A DNA stretch of 32,000 nucleotides from Pseudothioglobus sp. nBUS_23 (GCF_051201565.1 NZ_CP179200.1:60001-92000), one strand, 5' to 3'. Positions 9,162-17,205 are shown, counted from the first letter of the stretch. Numbers and translations are program-made. The notes: generated from the sequence alone by a model not told the origin.

Positions 9162-9626
9162 TTAGCCGCGCATAATTTTTTGAATACGTGGTTTAATGGT
9201 GGTAGCCATAATTAGCCCAACAGTCAAGCCCAATGGCAGGGCTGCGGTAAAGGCAGATTTCCAAGCACTGAAGTAGACTGTCATATCAGCAATTCCAACG
9301 TTACTTAAGGTGGTCATAGTTACCATGACTGATTCCATCACAATACCCATCATGACACCAATTAACAAATTAGTTTGCAGCTTGGATAGATTCGGCCAAA
9401 GGCTGGTAACTAACTTTTCGAACAGAGTCATCATAATGATACCAACGGGTGCCATCACTAGCATAGATAGGGCAAAACTCTTTAACCATGCCAAGGCGAA
9501 ACTATCGCTCAAGCCAATATTCATGTAGGTCATTACCCCAGTTAGTGGACCACCAATAAACGTCATCATTGTTGCGATGATTGCTACTTTCTTCCATATT
9601 AGCGTTTTATTTGCACTTGTGTTCAT
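9162..9626 (-). CDS. Small integral membrane protein, DUF2798-like (two internal repeats)
   Basis: 154 aa with four predicted TM segments. The internal duplication (…NIGLSDSFALAWLKSF… / …NVGIADMTVYFSAWKSAF…) fits my memory of DUF2798. Confidence 0.5.
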   Translation of the reverse strand: MNTSANKTLIWKKVAIIATMMTFIGGPLTGVMTYMNIGLSDSFALAWLKSFALSMLVMAPVGIIMMTLFEKLVTSLWPNLSKLQTNLLIGVMMGIVMESVMVTMTTLSNVGIADMTVYFSAWKSAFTAALPLGLTVGLIMATTIKPRIQKIMRG

Positions 9627-9673
9627 AGTAAATCCTTAGATATTTAACGACTTATTTGATAAAAGACTTAGAT

Positions 9674-9705
9674 TGAAAAAGCCTTCCTTAAAGTAATGGA
9701 AGGCT
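9674..9705 (-). terminator. Rho-independent terminator of the DoxX gene
   Basis: On the minus strand: AGCCTTCC-attactttaa-GGAAGGCT followed by TTTTTC, about 15 nt after the DoxX stop. Confidence 0.6.
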
Positions 9706-9720
9706 AATAAAAAAAACTAA

Positions 9721-10086
9721 TTAAATCTTTGCAAAATCGCCTAACTGATCTCTATAAAAATATAGAATATAGGCAGCTAAAACCCCAAGCATGACAGGTG
9801 CAAATGCTCCAGGCATGCTTAACGCAATGTGAGTAATAAAACCTCCTATCATGGTGCATACAAGAAGTGCCGCTCCAAAAACTTGTTTATTTGGTAGCCA
9901 TATCAATACAACTGCAGTAACTTCGATTAAACCTGTTACATACCTGAACCATTGACCCCACCCGATCAGCTCATACATACCAACCATTTGCTCAGCACCT
10001 ATAATTTTGAAAGCGCCCGCACTTAAAAAAGCCAGTGACAAAAGAATTTTTACAAGCGGTATTAAATATTGATTTAGTTTATTCAT
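9721..10086 (-). CDS. DoxX-family membrane protein
   Basis: 121 aa with four TM segments. LSLAFLSAGAFKIIG...GWGQWFRYVTGLIEV is the typical DoxX layout. Confidence 0.7.
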   Translation of the reverse strand: MNKLNQYLIPLVKILLSLAFLSAGAFKIIGAEQMVGMYELIGWGQWFRYVTGLIEVTAVVLIWLPNKQVFGAALLVCTMIGGFITHIALSMPGAFAPVMLGVLAAYILYFYRDQLGDFAKI

Positions 10087-10153
10087 AATTTACTCCTATG
10101 ATTTATAGAAAAAACTCCCTAAAAAAAAGTCGTTTTATTTTTAATTAGCGCCT

Positions 10154-10417
10154 TTATTCAGCCAGTGATGTGATTTTTAATGAAGCGTGATTAACGCCAG
10201 CATTCTCTCTACTTTCAATCATATTAGGCTCTTTTAATTTCTTATCCTCGATTGAATTCATTTCGACAACTGTATATACATTACTTTCGTTGCCCTTTTC
10301 ATGGCCATAGGCTAAAACTTTAACGTTATTTTTTTGTCTCATAGCCTCATTAGATTCGAATGCTTTCTTCCAGACCTTGTAACCTTTAGTAACTTCAAAA
10401 TTTGATATTACTATCAT
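10154..10417 (-). CDS. Small cytoplasmic protein of unknown function (possibly DUF3764-like)
   Basis: 87 aa with an AAGGAG SD upstream. Its composition is consistent with a small alpha/beta protein. The family assignment is only a recollection. Confidence 0.45.
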   Translation of the reverse strand: MIVISNFEVTKGYKVWKKAFESNEAMRQKNNVKVLAYGHEKGNESNVYTVVEMNSIEDKKLKEPNMIESRENAGVNHASLKITSLAE

Positions 10418-10438
10418 TTTTCTCCTTTATTTTGAATA

Positions 10439-10461
10439 GCAGCTCCTTGAACAGGAGCTGC
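10439..10461 (-). other. Intercistronic 9-bp stem-loop (GCAGCTCCT-5 nt-AGGAGCTGC)
   Basis: A perfect inverted repeat between the small Cys-rich ORF and the 10154-10417 gene. No U-run follows it on the transcribed strand. Confidence 0.5.
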
Positions 10462-10474
10462 CTGTGAAAAGACT

Positions 10475-10624
10475 TTAATTTTCACTTTTTTCAAACATCG
10501 CCGCTTTGTCAGCATCAGTTTTTGCCGCATACTCTTCTTCAGTTAACATATGCCATCCAATACAATCTCCAGTAGGTGATCTACCGCAACCACATGTACC
10601 ATTTTCTTTTTTAACGTTATCCAT
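10475..10624 (-). CDS. 49-aa Cys-rich peptide (hypothetical)
   Basis: MDNVKKENGTCGCGRSPTGDCIGWHMLTEEEYAAKTDADKAAMFEKSEN*. It is below the ORF-track size cut-off and co-oriented with the neighbouring genes. The opposite-strand track ORF 10506-10688 looks spurious. Confidence 0.35.
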   Translation of the reverse strand: MDNVKKENGTCGCGRSPTGDCIGWHMLTEEEYAAKTDADKAAMFEKSEN

Positions 10625-10729
10625 CATTTTTTCCTTTGAATTGTTAGATTATTGCCAGCTTTTGACTTCAGTGCTGGCGACTGATTAAATAACGCCTCTG
10701 CAGATTATTAGCGTTTAGTCATTGAAATA

Positions 10730-10751
10730 AAATTATAATCATTTATAATTT
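10730..10751. promoter_or_regulatory. Perfect 9-bp inverted repeat AAATTATAA-TCAT-TTATAATTT in the divergent LysR promoter region (candidate LysR box)
   Basis: It lies about 40 nt upstream of the LysR start. LysR regulators bind T-N11-A-type dyads in their own divergent promoters. AT-rich DNA makes chance palindromes more likely. Confidence 0.35.
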
Positions 10752-10790
10752 GCAATAAAGTCACTATTAAACAAATTACTATTACATATT

Positions 10791-11666
10791 ATGAAACAAT
10801 ACTCTTTAATCGAATTAGAAACTTATCAGGCTGTTGTTGAAGCCGGAAGCTTTAACCTAGCTGCCGACAGATTGAGCACAAGCGCTGCAACTGTGAGTCG
10901 TCGCATAAGCACCCTAGAATCAGCTTTAGGTGTTAGATTACTGAATCGTACGACTAGAAATATAAATCTAACAGAAGCTGGTGAGCAATATCTTGATGAT
11001 GTTAAAAATATCTTAGAAAGCGTAGAGATCTCAGAAGAAAGGATTGGGGAAGGTAAAGCAGAAGCAAAGGGTGAATTACGAATTGCTGCTCCACTTAGTT
11101 TTGGCATAAAACACTTATCTCCAGTACTACCATCATTCATGAAGAGCCATCCAAATATAATCATCAACTTGAAACTAGAAGACAGCCAGACTGATCTTCA
11201 AGCTGAAGGAATAGATATAGCGCTTCGAGTTACTCAAAATATTAAGGATTCATCCCTTATTGCAACTCCCTTATGCTCAATTCCCATAGTAATTTGCGCC
11301 TCACCAGACTATATCAATAAACATGGCAAACCTAAATCTATAAATGATATTCAAAAGTATAATTTTCTTGGATATAGCTTAGCATCGAATAACCTTAAAA
11401 CTCGACTTGGTTCAAATTCTGATCCTCGAATTGGCTTTGTGGCAAATAATGGTGATGTCATAAGGGAGGCTGCAATTAATGGTTTTGGCATTACTGCACT
11501 TCCATTATTCTTGATTGAAGACGATTTAAAAAATGGAAAATTAGTAACAATAATCGACAATCAAGTTAAACCTGAAACACTATATGCCGTTAGATTGTCT
11601 CGAAGGTTTACCCCAACAAAGGTCAAAGTGATGGTTGATTATTTAAGAGATACCTTTAAAGACTAA
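10791..11666 (+). CDS. LysR-family transcriptional regulator
   Basis: 291 aa. N-terminal wHTH (FNLAADRLSTSAATVSRRISTLESALGVRLLNRTTRNINLTEAG) plus a LysR substrate-binding domain. Confidence 0.9.
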   Translation: MKQYSLIELETYQAVVEAGSFNLAADRLSTSAATVSRRISTLESALGVRLLNRTTRNINLTEAGEQYLDDVKNILESVEISEERIGEGKAEAKGELRIAAPLSFGIKHLSPVLPSFMKSHPNIIINLKLEDSQTDLQAEGIDIALRVTQNIKDSSLIATPLCSIPIVICASPDYINKHGKPKSINDIQKYNFLGYSLASNNLKTRLGSNSDPRIGFVANNGDVIREAAINGFGITALPLFLIEDDLKNGKLVTIIDNQVKPETLYAVRLSRRFTPTKVKVMVDYLRDTFKD

Positions 11667-11843
11667 AAAACATTCAAAAAATAAACTTCTCGAGCAATTA
11701 ATCGATAAATTATGGCATTACTAAACTGAGTAATTTCTTTGACTTGTTTGAGATTTAAATATGACACTTTTCGTACTCCTTTGATGATTAAAAAAAGGAT
11801 ATTACCAACCTGGGTAAATTCTATTTTGGTTCAATGCTTTTTT

Positions 11844-11953
11844 ATCCCTCGCATATATATACTGACTTTGAAGGTACAGGGGAGCCCCTCTCGACATCGG
11901 AGATAGATATATACACCCTCCCTCACACATCAAACGAAATTTGGACTTATAAT
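11844..11953 (+). repeat. Intergenic cassette copy 2, ending in TATAAT (11948-11953) 6 nt before the CoiA-like ATG
   Basis: atccctcgcatatatatactgactttgaaggtacaGGGGagcccctctcgacatcggagatagatatatacaccctccctcacacatcaaacgaaatttggactTATAAT. Confidence 0.9.
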
Positions 11954-11959
11954 CCTTTT

Positions 11960-13039
11960 ATGAGATTCGCACTTTCAAATAATGAGCGTATTGAACCTAC
12001 CAAAGGAGCAAAGGGGGTCTGTCCTAGTTGTGGTTCTGAACTAGTTGCTAAGTGTGGCGAAATCAAAAGACATTATTGGTCGCATAAGAAGAAGTGTGAT
12101 GACCATTGGTGGGAGAATGAAACAGAGTGGCATCGCAATTGGAAGAATAACTTTCCTAAAGAATGGCAAGAGATAATCCAAAGAGATGAGAGTGGTGAGA
12201 AACATATTGCCGATGTTAAAACGAGTTCGGGTTGGACAATTGAATTTCAACATTCACCAATTTCTAAAGAAGAGCGCGACTCAAGAGATTACTTTTACAA
12301 TAAGCTGATATGGGTGGTTGATGGAACAAGACGCAAGACTGATATTAAGCAGTTTGAAAGTTTAGTTCATCACGCACATCCCCTCATTTATCCTGAATTT
12401 CCCAAAGATTACAGGTTAATTAGAGAATGGGGCTCTAGTCAGTCATTAGTATTTGTTGATTTTGGAGCTGATGAGCTATGGTTAATTAATAACAATGATT
12501 GTATTAGTGCTTTTTCAAGAAATTCTTTTGTTGAAATGATGAATGATTCTCGCTCAGATGAGGTTAATATAAAACTACTAGAGCCAATTCAAAAACAAAT
12601 TGATGAAATAAAGGCTGAACAAGAAAAGAATAGAAGAGAGCAAGAAGAAAAAGATAGGATTAGGGAGCAAGAACTCATTGAAGAAGATTTAAGAATAAGA
12701 AAAAAATATAACATGAAGGATGATGAAGAGTGGTTTGAAGGGTCGCTCGGAATTAAAATATTTAAGCGTTATGGAGAAAAGATTGTATATAGAAGACCTA
12801 AGCCAAAAATCCCATATGTCATAGGAATTTGTAGAAATAGATTTCATTATTTTGACACCAAGGTTGCCTCATCAATTCTAAATAACTATGAAGAGGTTAT
12901 GAAACAATTAGACTACACCGATGAACAAATTGAAGATGAGTTTGATATTAATGTGATACCCAAAACCATAGATGTAAAGAACTGGACTGAATGGAAAAAT
13001 CTAATGGAGCAATTGAAACAGAAAATTGGTAAAAAATAA
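11960..13039 (+). CDS. CoiA-like nuclease-family protein with a long charged / coiled-coil C-terminal extension
   Basis: The start is moved to MRFALSNNERIEP, because the track ORF reads through the cassette. CPSCGSELVAKCGEIKRHYWSHKK, EWHRNWKNNFP, HIADVKT and TIEFQHSPIS...LIWVVDG match the CoiA-like (competence protein CoiA) pattern. Confidence 0.6.
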   Translation: MRFALSNNERIEPTKGAKGVCPSCGSELVAKCGEIKRHYWSHKKKCDDHWWENETEWHRNWKNNFPKEWQEIIQRDESGEKHIADVKTSSGWTIEFQHSPISKEERDSRDYFYNKLIWVVDGTRRKTDIKQFESLVHHAHPLIYPEFPKDYRLIREWGSSQSLVFVDFGADELWLINNNDCISAFSRNSFVEMMNDSRSDEVNIKLLEPIQKQIDEIKAEQEKNRREQEEKDRIREQELIEEDLRIRKKYNMKDDEEWFEGSLGIKIFKRYGEKIVYRRPKPKIPYVIGICRNRFHYFDTKVASSILNNYEEVMKQLDYTDEQIEDEFDINVIPKTIDVKNWTEWKNLMEQLKQKIGKK

Positions 13040-13040
13040 A

Positions 13041-13078
13041 AAACGAAATTTGGACTTTAGTTCAAGTTGATATACAAT
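13041..13078 (+). repeat. Partial cassette (3' part only): aaacgaaatttggactttagttcaagttgatatacaat
   Basis: It matches the 3' end of cassette copies 1, 4 and 7 and sits directly upstream of the small secreted-protein gene. Confidence 0.75.
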
Positions 13079-13084
13079 CCTAGT

Positions 13085-13342
13085 ATGAAGAAACTTCTAT
13101 TAACAATACTACTAACTTTCTCATCATTATCATTCGGTGCTGATGAGTATCAATATGAAGCTGTTGTAAATCCAAATGAAATGGGTGTTTATCTCATAGA
13201 CCAAGTTAATGGCAAGGTGAAATTCTGCCAAGCAGTTTCAGGAGAAGCCCAAATGCTTACAGGTTGTACTCCTTGGAGTGGAGAATATGGACTAACTCCA
13301 AATCCACTTCAGCAAGAACTTCTTGAAATGATGAACCAATAG
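13085..13342 (+). CDS. Small secreted protein (hypothetical)
   Basis: The start is moved to MKKLLLTILLTFSSLSFGA (signal peptide). The mature part is about 65 aa with two Cys. Confidence 0.5.
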   Translation: MKKLLLTILLTFSSLSFGADEYQYEAVVNPNEMGVYLIDQVNGKVKFCQAVSGEAQMLTGCTPWSGEYGLTPNPLQQELLEMMNQ

Positions 13343-13343
13343 T

Positions 13344-13520
13344 ATGAAATTAATCGCACTAATTATTGCTGGTTTAGGTGGAATGCTAGTTTGGTATGGT
13401 GGAGGTGGATTTGAAAATACTCAAGTGCCTCATTCCATTGGCATACAATATATGACGCTTGGAGGCGGTTTCTTATTTGGCGGACTTTTTCTGTACGCCT
13501 ATATTGATAAAAAGAAATAG
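13344..13520 (+). CDS. 58-aa two-TM Gly-rich membrane peptide (hypothetical)
   Basis: MKLIALIIAGLGGMLVWYGGGGFENTQVPHSIGIQYMTLGGGFLFGGLFLYAYIDKKK*. It starts 1 nt after the previous stop and is below the ORF-track cut-off. Confidence 0.3.
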   Translation: MKLIALIIAGLGGMLVWYGGGGFENTQVPHSIGIQYMTLGGGFLFGGLFLYAYIDKKK

Positions 13521-13654
13521 ATAAATAAAGGGCTACTGCTTGGTTACTAAGGACACTTTCCTAGTCGAGTAATACCATCACCCCACTAGCCAAATACGAG
13601 CCCCGTATAGTGGCCTAATTAGACCACTTTCCACAGGTTTCCATACATAGCAAA

Positions 13655-13837
13655 TCATCTATTCCTATCGATCATTTTTTTAATAATGAATTCGATTATT
13701 TTGTTCTCAGACCAACGAGAAGTTCTTTCAGATAATTTAATCTGCTTTGGGAATTTATCCTCTTTCATAAGTCTATAAATCGTAGCAGTACTGAGTAGTG
13801 TTATTTCCTTTACTTGTTTCAATGTGAGTAGTCTCAT
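13655..13837 (-). CDS. alpA: AlpA-family phage/island transcriptional regulator (Xis-like HTH)
   Basis: The start is moved to MRLLTLKQVKEITLLSTATIYRLMKEDKFPKQIKLSERTSRWSENKIIEFI, with an AGGAGA SD. This is the classic AlpA/HTH_17 pattern. Confidence 0.8.
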   Translation of the reverse strand: MRLLTLKQVKEITLLSTATIYRLMKEDKFPKQIKLSERTSRWSENKIIEFIIKKMIDRNR

Positions 13838-13916
13838 AGTTCTCCTTTTTGTTATGGAAAAAAATGGAAGAGTGTAAAGTAATAATCCTTTCATATGGGC
13901 GTTTGACGGCAATTCA

Positions 13917-13963
13917 CAGTACACTTTTCCAATACACAATAAAGTGTGTATCGAGTGTGTATT
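13917..13963. promoter_or_regulatory. Cluster of (G/A)TACAC(A) motifs in both orientations upstream of alpA
   Basis: cagtacac..aatacacaa..gtgtgtat..gtgtgtatt. The core is the same as in the tandem repeats at 8825-8845 and 18451-18471. Confidence 0.35.
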
Positions 13964-14076
13964 GAGTGGGGTACGGAAAATTTCCATTCAGCGTATCTTT
14001 AGCACCATGTCTTTCCAATGGCGGAAAGATAGGCGCTTCAAAAGAAGCATTTTAAAATCCCTATAAAGGAGATTAG

Positions 14077-14292
14077 ATGGAAAGATTAAAGACGTTGTTA
14101 GATACACACCAAGTAGCTGAGAAGTTTGGTATTGAGTCAAAGACCTTGGCAAATGCGAGAAGTACAGGAGTTGGAATTGGTTCGATTCCTTTCGTGAAGT
14201 TTGGGCAAAACGGAGCAGTCCGTTATAGAGAGTCCGATGTATTAGATTACATTGAGGCCAATACTTTTAAACACACAGGAGAAGTAAAGTAA
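14077..14292 (+). CDS. Excisionase/MerR-type helix-turn-helix DNA-binding protein
   Basis: 71 aa with an AAGGAG SD. LLDTHQVAEKFGIESKTLANARSTG...AVRYRESDVLDYIE fits the HTH_17-type pattern. Confidence 0.6.
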   Translation: MERLKTLLDTHQVAEKFGIESKTLANARSTGVGIGSIPFVKFGQNGAVRYRESDVLDYIEANTFKHTGEVK

Positions 14293-14606
14293 TGAGTAGT
14301 AATACAAAAAAACCCCCTCAGTCGGCTAGGACTCAGGGGGCTTACAGTAAAACTTTCAGCAAGAATGATACCATACTCAACGCCCTTGTTGAAGGCTCTC
14401 TAACGAGGTTTGACGCAGAGCAGTTAGGTGACCATTGTCTACCATCAACTATATCGGCTCTTTCAAATCAGCATGGTTTGGAATTTCCTCGAAGATGGAT
14501 TAAAGTTCCAAATCGCTTTGGTGGTGAGACTCTTTGTAAGGAGTACACAACTAGCGATGAAGACAAAATTTACATCAACAAGTACTTGGAGGTGTTGGAT
14601 GGCTAG
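14292..14606 (+). CDS. Island-associated winged-helix protein (HTH_39-like)
   Basis: 104 aa. TAATG overlap with the upstream gene. ILNALVEGSLTRFDAEQLGDHCLPSTISALSNQHGLEFPRRWIKVPNRFGGETLCKEY resembles the helix-turn-helix proteins that precede primases in integrative islands. Confidence 0.5.
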   Translation: MSSNTKKPPQSARTQGAYSKTFSKNDTILNALVEGSLTRFDAEQLGDHCLPSTISALSNQHGLEFPRRWIKVPNRFGGETLCKEYTTSDEDKIYINKYLEVLDG

Positions 14607-15741
14607 TATGAGTAGAGCAATGTTGGAGCGTGGCATAACGCCACCTTCCGCTTTTGTTTATGATGGTAAGATTAAAAGGTTCAAGAATGAGGGCGATACC
14701 AAAGCTAATAGTTGGTATGTTGGCTTTCAGGATGGAGACTTTCAGTCAGGTGCTTTTGGCTGTTGGAAGTTAGATATTCACGAGGACTTTTGTAATCGTG
14801 ATACATCGTCTTTCACTCCTGAAGAAAAGAAAGCCTTTGCCATAAAGCAAGAGGAAGTAAGACAGCTTAAAGCCAAAGAGAAAGAAGATAAACATCAACA
14901 GGCTGAGAGAGATGTCAATGAAAGATGGGCAAAAATCGATCAAGTTGATTCACATCAATATCTTTCAGATAAAGGTGTCAAGTCTTATGGCTTAAAGGTT
15001 GAAAAGGACAATTTGGTTGTTCCTATCTTTAATGCCGATGGAGAGTTGGTCAATCTTCAAACCATTTCACCAAGTGGTGGTAAATATTTTGCTAAAGGTG
15101 GAAAGATAGAAGGCTGTTTCTACTTGATTGGTGATGTTGATGAACATCTTATTATCGTAGAAGGAATGTCAACTGGAGCCAGTATCCACGAGGCTACTAA
15201 GTTGGCTGTGGTTGTTTCATTTAATGCGGGTAATCTTTTGCCTGTAGCTAAAGAAATGACTTCCTTATACCCTCATGCTTCAATCATTGTTGCGGGTGAT
15301 GATGACCAGTTCAATGATGTCAATACAGGTCTTATAAAAGCCTCTGAGACAGCGAAGCATGTTGGCGGATTTGTTTGTTTTCCTCACTTTGAAGGGTTAA
15401 ACAAGAGTCAAAGATTGACAGACTTTAACGACCTTCATCAAGAGCAAGGTTTGATGGAAGTTAAGAAGCAAATCTATAAGGCAATTCATAGTAACGCTAG
15501 AACACCACAACATGAATCTGTAATTGTCTATGGTAGTTTTTTCAAAGCCATGAAACATCTTGATGGCTCTGAATTAAGACTTGTGTTTGACGCTATGATG
15601 AACTACGGCTTGTATGAAAAACAATCTAAGTTGCCTGACAAACTTCAATCTTTATTTGAATTAATAAAGCCTCAGATTGATGCCAATATTAAAAGGCGCA
15701 TCAATTCTAAGAAAGGTGGAAGAAAGCCAAATAAAGAATAG
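14599..15741 (+). CDS. Phage/plasmid-type DNA primase (COG4643-like N-domain + Toprim), no helicase domain
   Basis: The start is moved to MASMSRAMLERGITPP, with GGAGG 6 nt upstream and an 8-nt overlap with the previous ORF. YDGKIKRFKNEGDTKANSWY...GAFGCWK is followed by Toprim motifs LIIVEGMSTGASIHEAT and IIVAGDDD. Confidence 0.78.
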   Translation: MASMSRAMLERGITPPSAFVYDGKIKRFKNEGDTKANSWYVGFQDGDFQSGAFGCWKLDIHEDFCNRDTSSFTPEEKKAFAIKQEEVRQLKAKEKEDKHQQAERDVNERWAKIDQVDSHQYLSDKGVKSYGLKVEKDNLVVPIFNADGELVNLQTISPSGGKYFAKGGKIEGCFYLIGDVDEHLIIVEGMSTGASIHEATKLAVVVSFNAGNLLPVAKEMTSLYPHASIIVAGDDDQFNDVNTGLIKASETAKHVGGFVCFPHFEGLNKSQRLTDFNDLHQEQGLMEVKKQIYKAIHSNARTPQHESVIVYGSFFKAMKHLDGSELRLVFDAMMNYGLYEKQSKLPDKLQSLFELIKPQIDANIKRRINSKKGGRKPNKE

Positions 15742-15746
15742 TCTAT

Positions 15747-15796
15747 AACCAACGGTTAGCTAATTGTTAAACCAACGGTTAGCTAACTGTTAAACC
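15747..15796 (+). repeat. Two and a bit tandem 23-bp units AACCAACGGTTAGCTAA(T/C)TGTTA
   Basis: It starts 6 nt after the primase stop. The unit core AAACCAACGGTTA is the reverse complement of TAACCGTTGGTTT, which is found in both island arms (8932-8944, 18803-18815). Confidence 0.85.
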
Positions 15797-15797
15797 T

Positions 15798-15849
15798 AAA
15801 GTAAAGGTAAAGGTTAAAGCAAAAGTAAAAGTAAAAGTAAAAGATAAAG
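15798..15849 (+). repeat. A-rich hexamer microsatellite, (GTAAAA)n-like
   Basis: aaagtaaaggtaaaggttaaagcaaaagtaaaagtaaaagtaaaagataaag. Confidence 0.85.
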
Positions 15850-15914
15850 TTTAGTAAATACCATAAAGAAATATTTGGTGTTTTATCTTGTTGTAATCTT
15901 GGTGTTTTCGGAGT

Positions 15915-16005
15915 CCATAAAAAGGGAGTTTAGTGACACCATAAAAAGGGGTTTTCGTACGCCATAAAAAAGGGAGTTTTCGGAGACCATAAAAAAAGGC
16001 CTATG
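15915..16005 (+). repeat. Four iteron-like direct repeats CCATAAAAA(A)GGG(A)GTTT spaced 23-25 bp (candidate replication origin)
   Basis: Repeat starts are at 15915, 15939, 15962 and 15987. They lie between the primase and the int operon and next to the A-rich tract. Confidence 0.55.
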
Positions 16006-17205
16006 TCATGGATATTTAAGGTGTCTCCTGTCCGTATTATTGTAGCCTTCTAACAAGTAGGTAACGACTTCTTCAATCACAGCATCTTGTCTCGTTGTCC
16101 TGTAATCTTTTGGATGTCCTTTGTAGTCAACATGGATGTAATGTTCAAGGTTAGCCCATTTGATTTGGTTACTCGATTCCTCTGTGTGGTATTCAGTAGG
16201 AATTGTGTTGACATGAAGCATTCTTACTAAATGACTATATGCTCCAGTTTCTTTAAGCCAAATCCATTTACCTTCAAGGTCACCATTGATACAATCTTTT
16301 TCAATAAGTTGGTCATATAACATCTTGGAAAACTCAGCCTTAAAGGGTGCCTCTTCAACATCTCTCAAGGCAGTATTTTCTTTAATATATCCTAAGCCTT
16401 TTGCCCACCCAATAAACTGCTCCTTGTCTATGTCGATAGGTACAACAATGTGATTATGAAGTTCGTTTTCCGACATATTAGAACGCTCTTGACGGCTGAG
16501 TTGTCTTTTTTTGGTTTTGAACTCTCTTTCAACCCACTTCCATTCATCATAGTCTCTACCACTTTCGCCTAGCCCACCTTTTTCTATGAACCCATCTTCA
16601 TCTTTAAAATTAGTGGCATTCATATCCCATTGCGCAATATATCTTTTTTCAATATCAGGACAGAGACCTAGAAGAATATAAAAACCTTCATGTTGATATA
16701 GGGTTTGATGTCTATCAAGAAGACTTAAATCAAAAGAGGCCTCTTTGAAAACTTTTAATAATCTTTCAGAAGTGCTCGTTCTCCTATCCATCCTTTGCCA
16801 GTTATCGATGTTGTAAATGTCTTCGATATATAAGGCTCGTTTATCTTTCTTTGGATTGATAAAGTGAGGGTTCTTTTTCTTGTGCTCAAAATCCCTCAAT
16901 CTTTCAGCAAGGGATGTAAATGAAGGCATATCATCATTCTCAAATTCTCTTGGGTCTTTGATTATTAAATCTTCTTTGACCCAACCATGGCTAATATAAA
17001 CAACTTCCCATGATTCTTGAGTTAAGTCCTTATGGGGTTCTAACTCAGTATCTAATTCAAGCAACTGCTCAAATAGAGGAACTTCATCGACACATATTTT
17101 ATGAAGTCTTTTTCTCTCTTTACGAGAGGCTTTGACCTGTGCCTCAAACTCCTTAATGAGTTCTTGTTTTCTGTCCTTTGCTTTTTGGGTGAACTGATAC
17201 TTCAT
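16006..17205 (-). CDS. 399-aa protein of unknown function, translationally coupled to the integrase
   Basis: The start is moved to MKYQFTQKAKDRK, whose ATG overlaps the integrase TGA (ATGA). I recognise no motif. It has a charged N-terminal helix and is Trp/His-rich. Confidence 0.6.
   Translation of the reverse strand: MKYQFTQKAKDRKQELIKEFEAQVKASRKERKRLHKICVDEVPLFEQLLELDTELEPHKDLTQESWEVVYISHGWVKEDLIIKDPREFENDDMPSFTSLAERLRDFEHKKKNPHFINPKKDKRALYIEDIYNIDNWQRMDRRTSTSERLLKVFKEASFDLSLLDRHQTLYQHEGFYILLGLCPDIEKRYIAQWDMNATNFKDEDGFIEKGGLGESGRDYDEWKWVEREFKTKKRQLSRQERSNMSENELHNHIVVPIDIDKEQFIGWAKGLGYIKENTALRDVEEAPFKAEFSKMLYDQLIEKDCINGDLEGKWIWLKETGAYSHLVRMLHVNTIPTEYHTEESSNQIKWANLEHYIHVDYKGHPKDYRTTRQDAVIEEVVTYLLEGYNNTDRRHLKYP

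Noticed and set aside
13521-13654. The relatively GC-richer ORF-free spacer could be an sRNA gene or a second att site
   Set aside because: It has no similarity to the tRNA or att repeat and no convincing promoter-plus-terminator pair. The only hairpin (AGTGGTCTA..TAGGCCACT) lacks a U-run. I kept it only as a possible internal junction.
13838-13987. A 50-codon N-terminal extension of the AlpA ORF
   Set aside because: The AlpA homology starts at MRLLTLKQV, which has an AGGAGA SD. The extension covers the motif-rich promoter region.
14428-14598. An upstream 57-codon extension of the primase ORF
   Set aside because: It overlaps the HTH_39-like gene in another frame. A GGAGG SD precedes the ATG at 14599, where the recognisable primase N-domain begins.
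15798-16005. The short regularly spaced repeats could be a CRISPR array
   Set aside because: The units are 6 bp and about 17 bp at 23-25 bp spacing and are imperfect. There are no 28-37 bp repeats, no unique spacers of similar length and no cas genes. Iterons with an AT-rich tract are a better fit.
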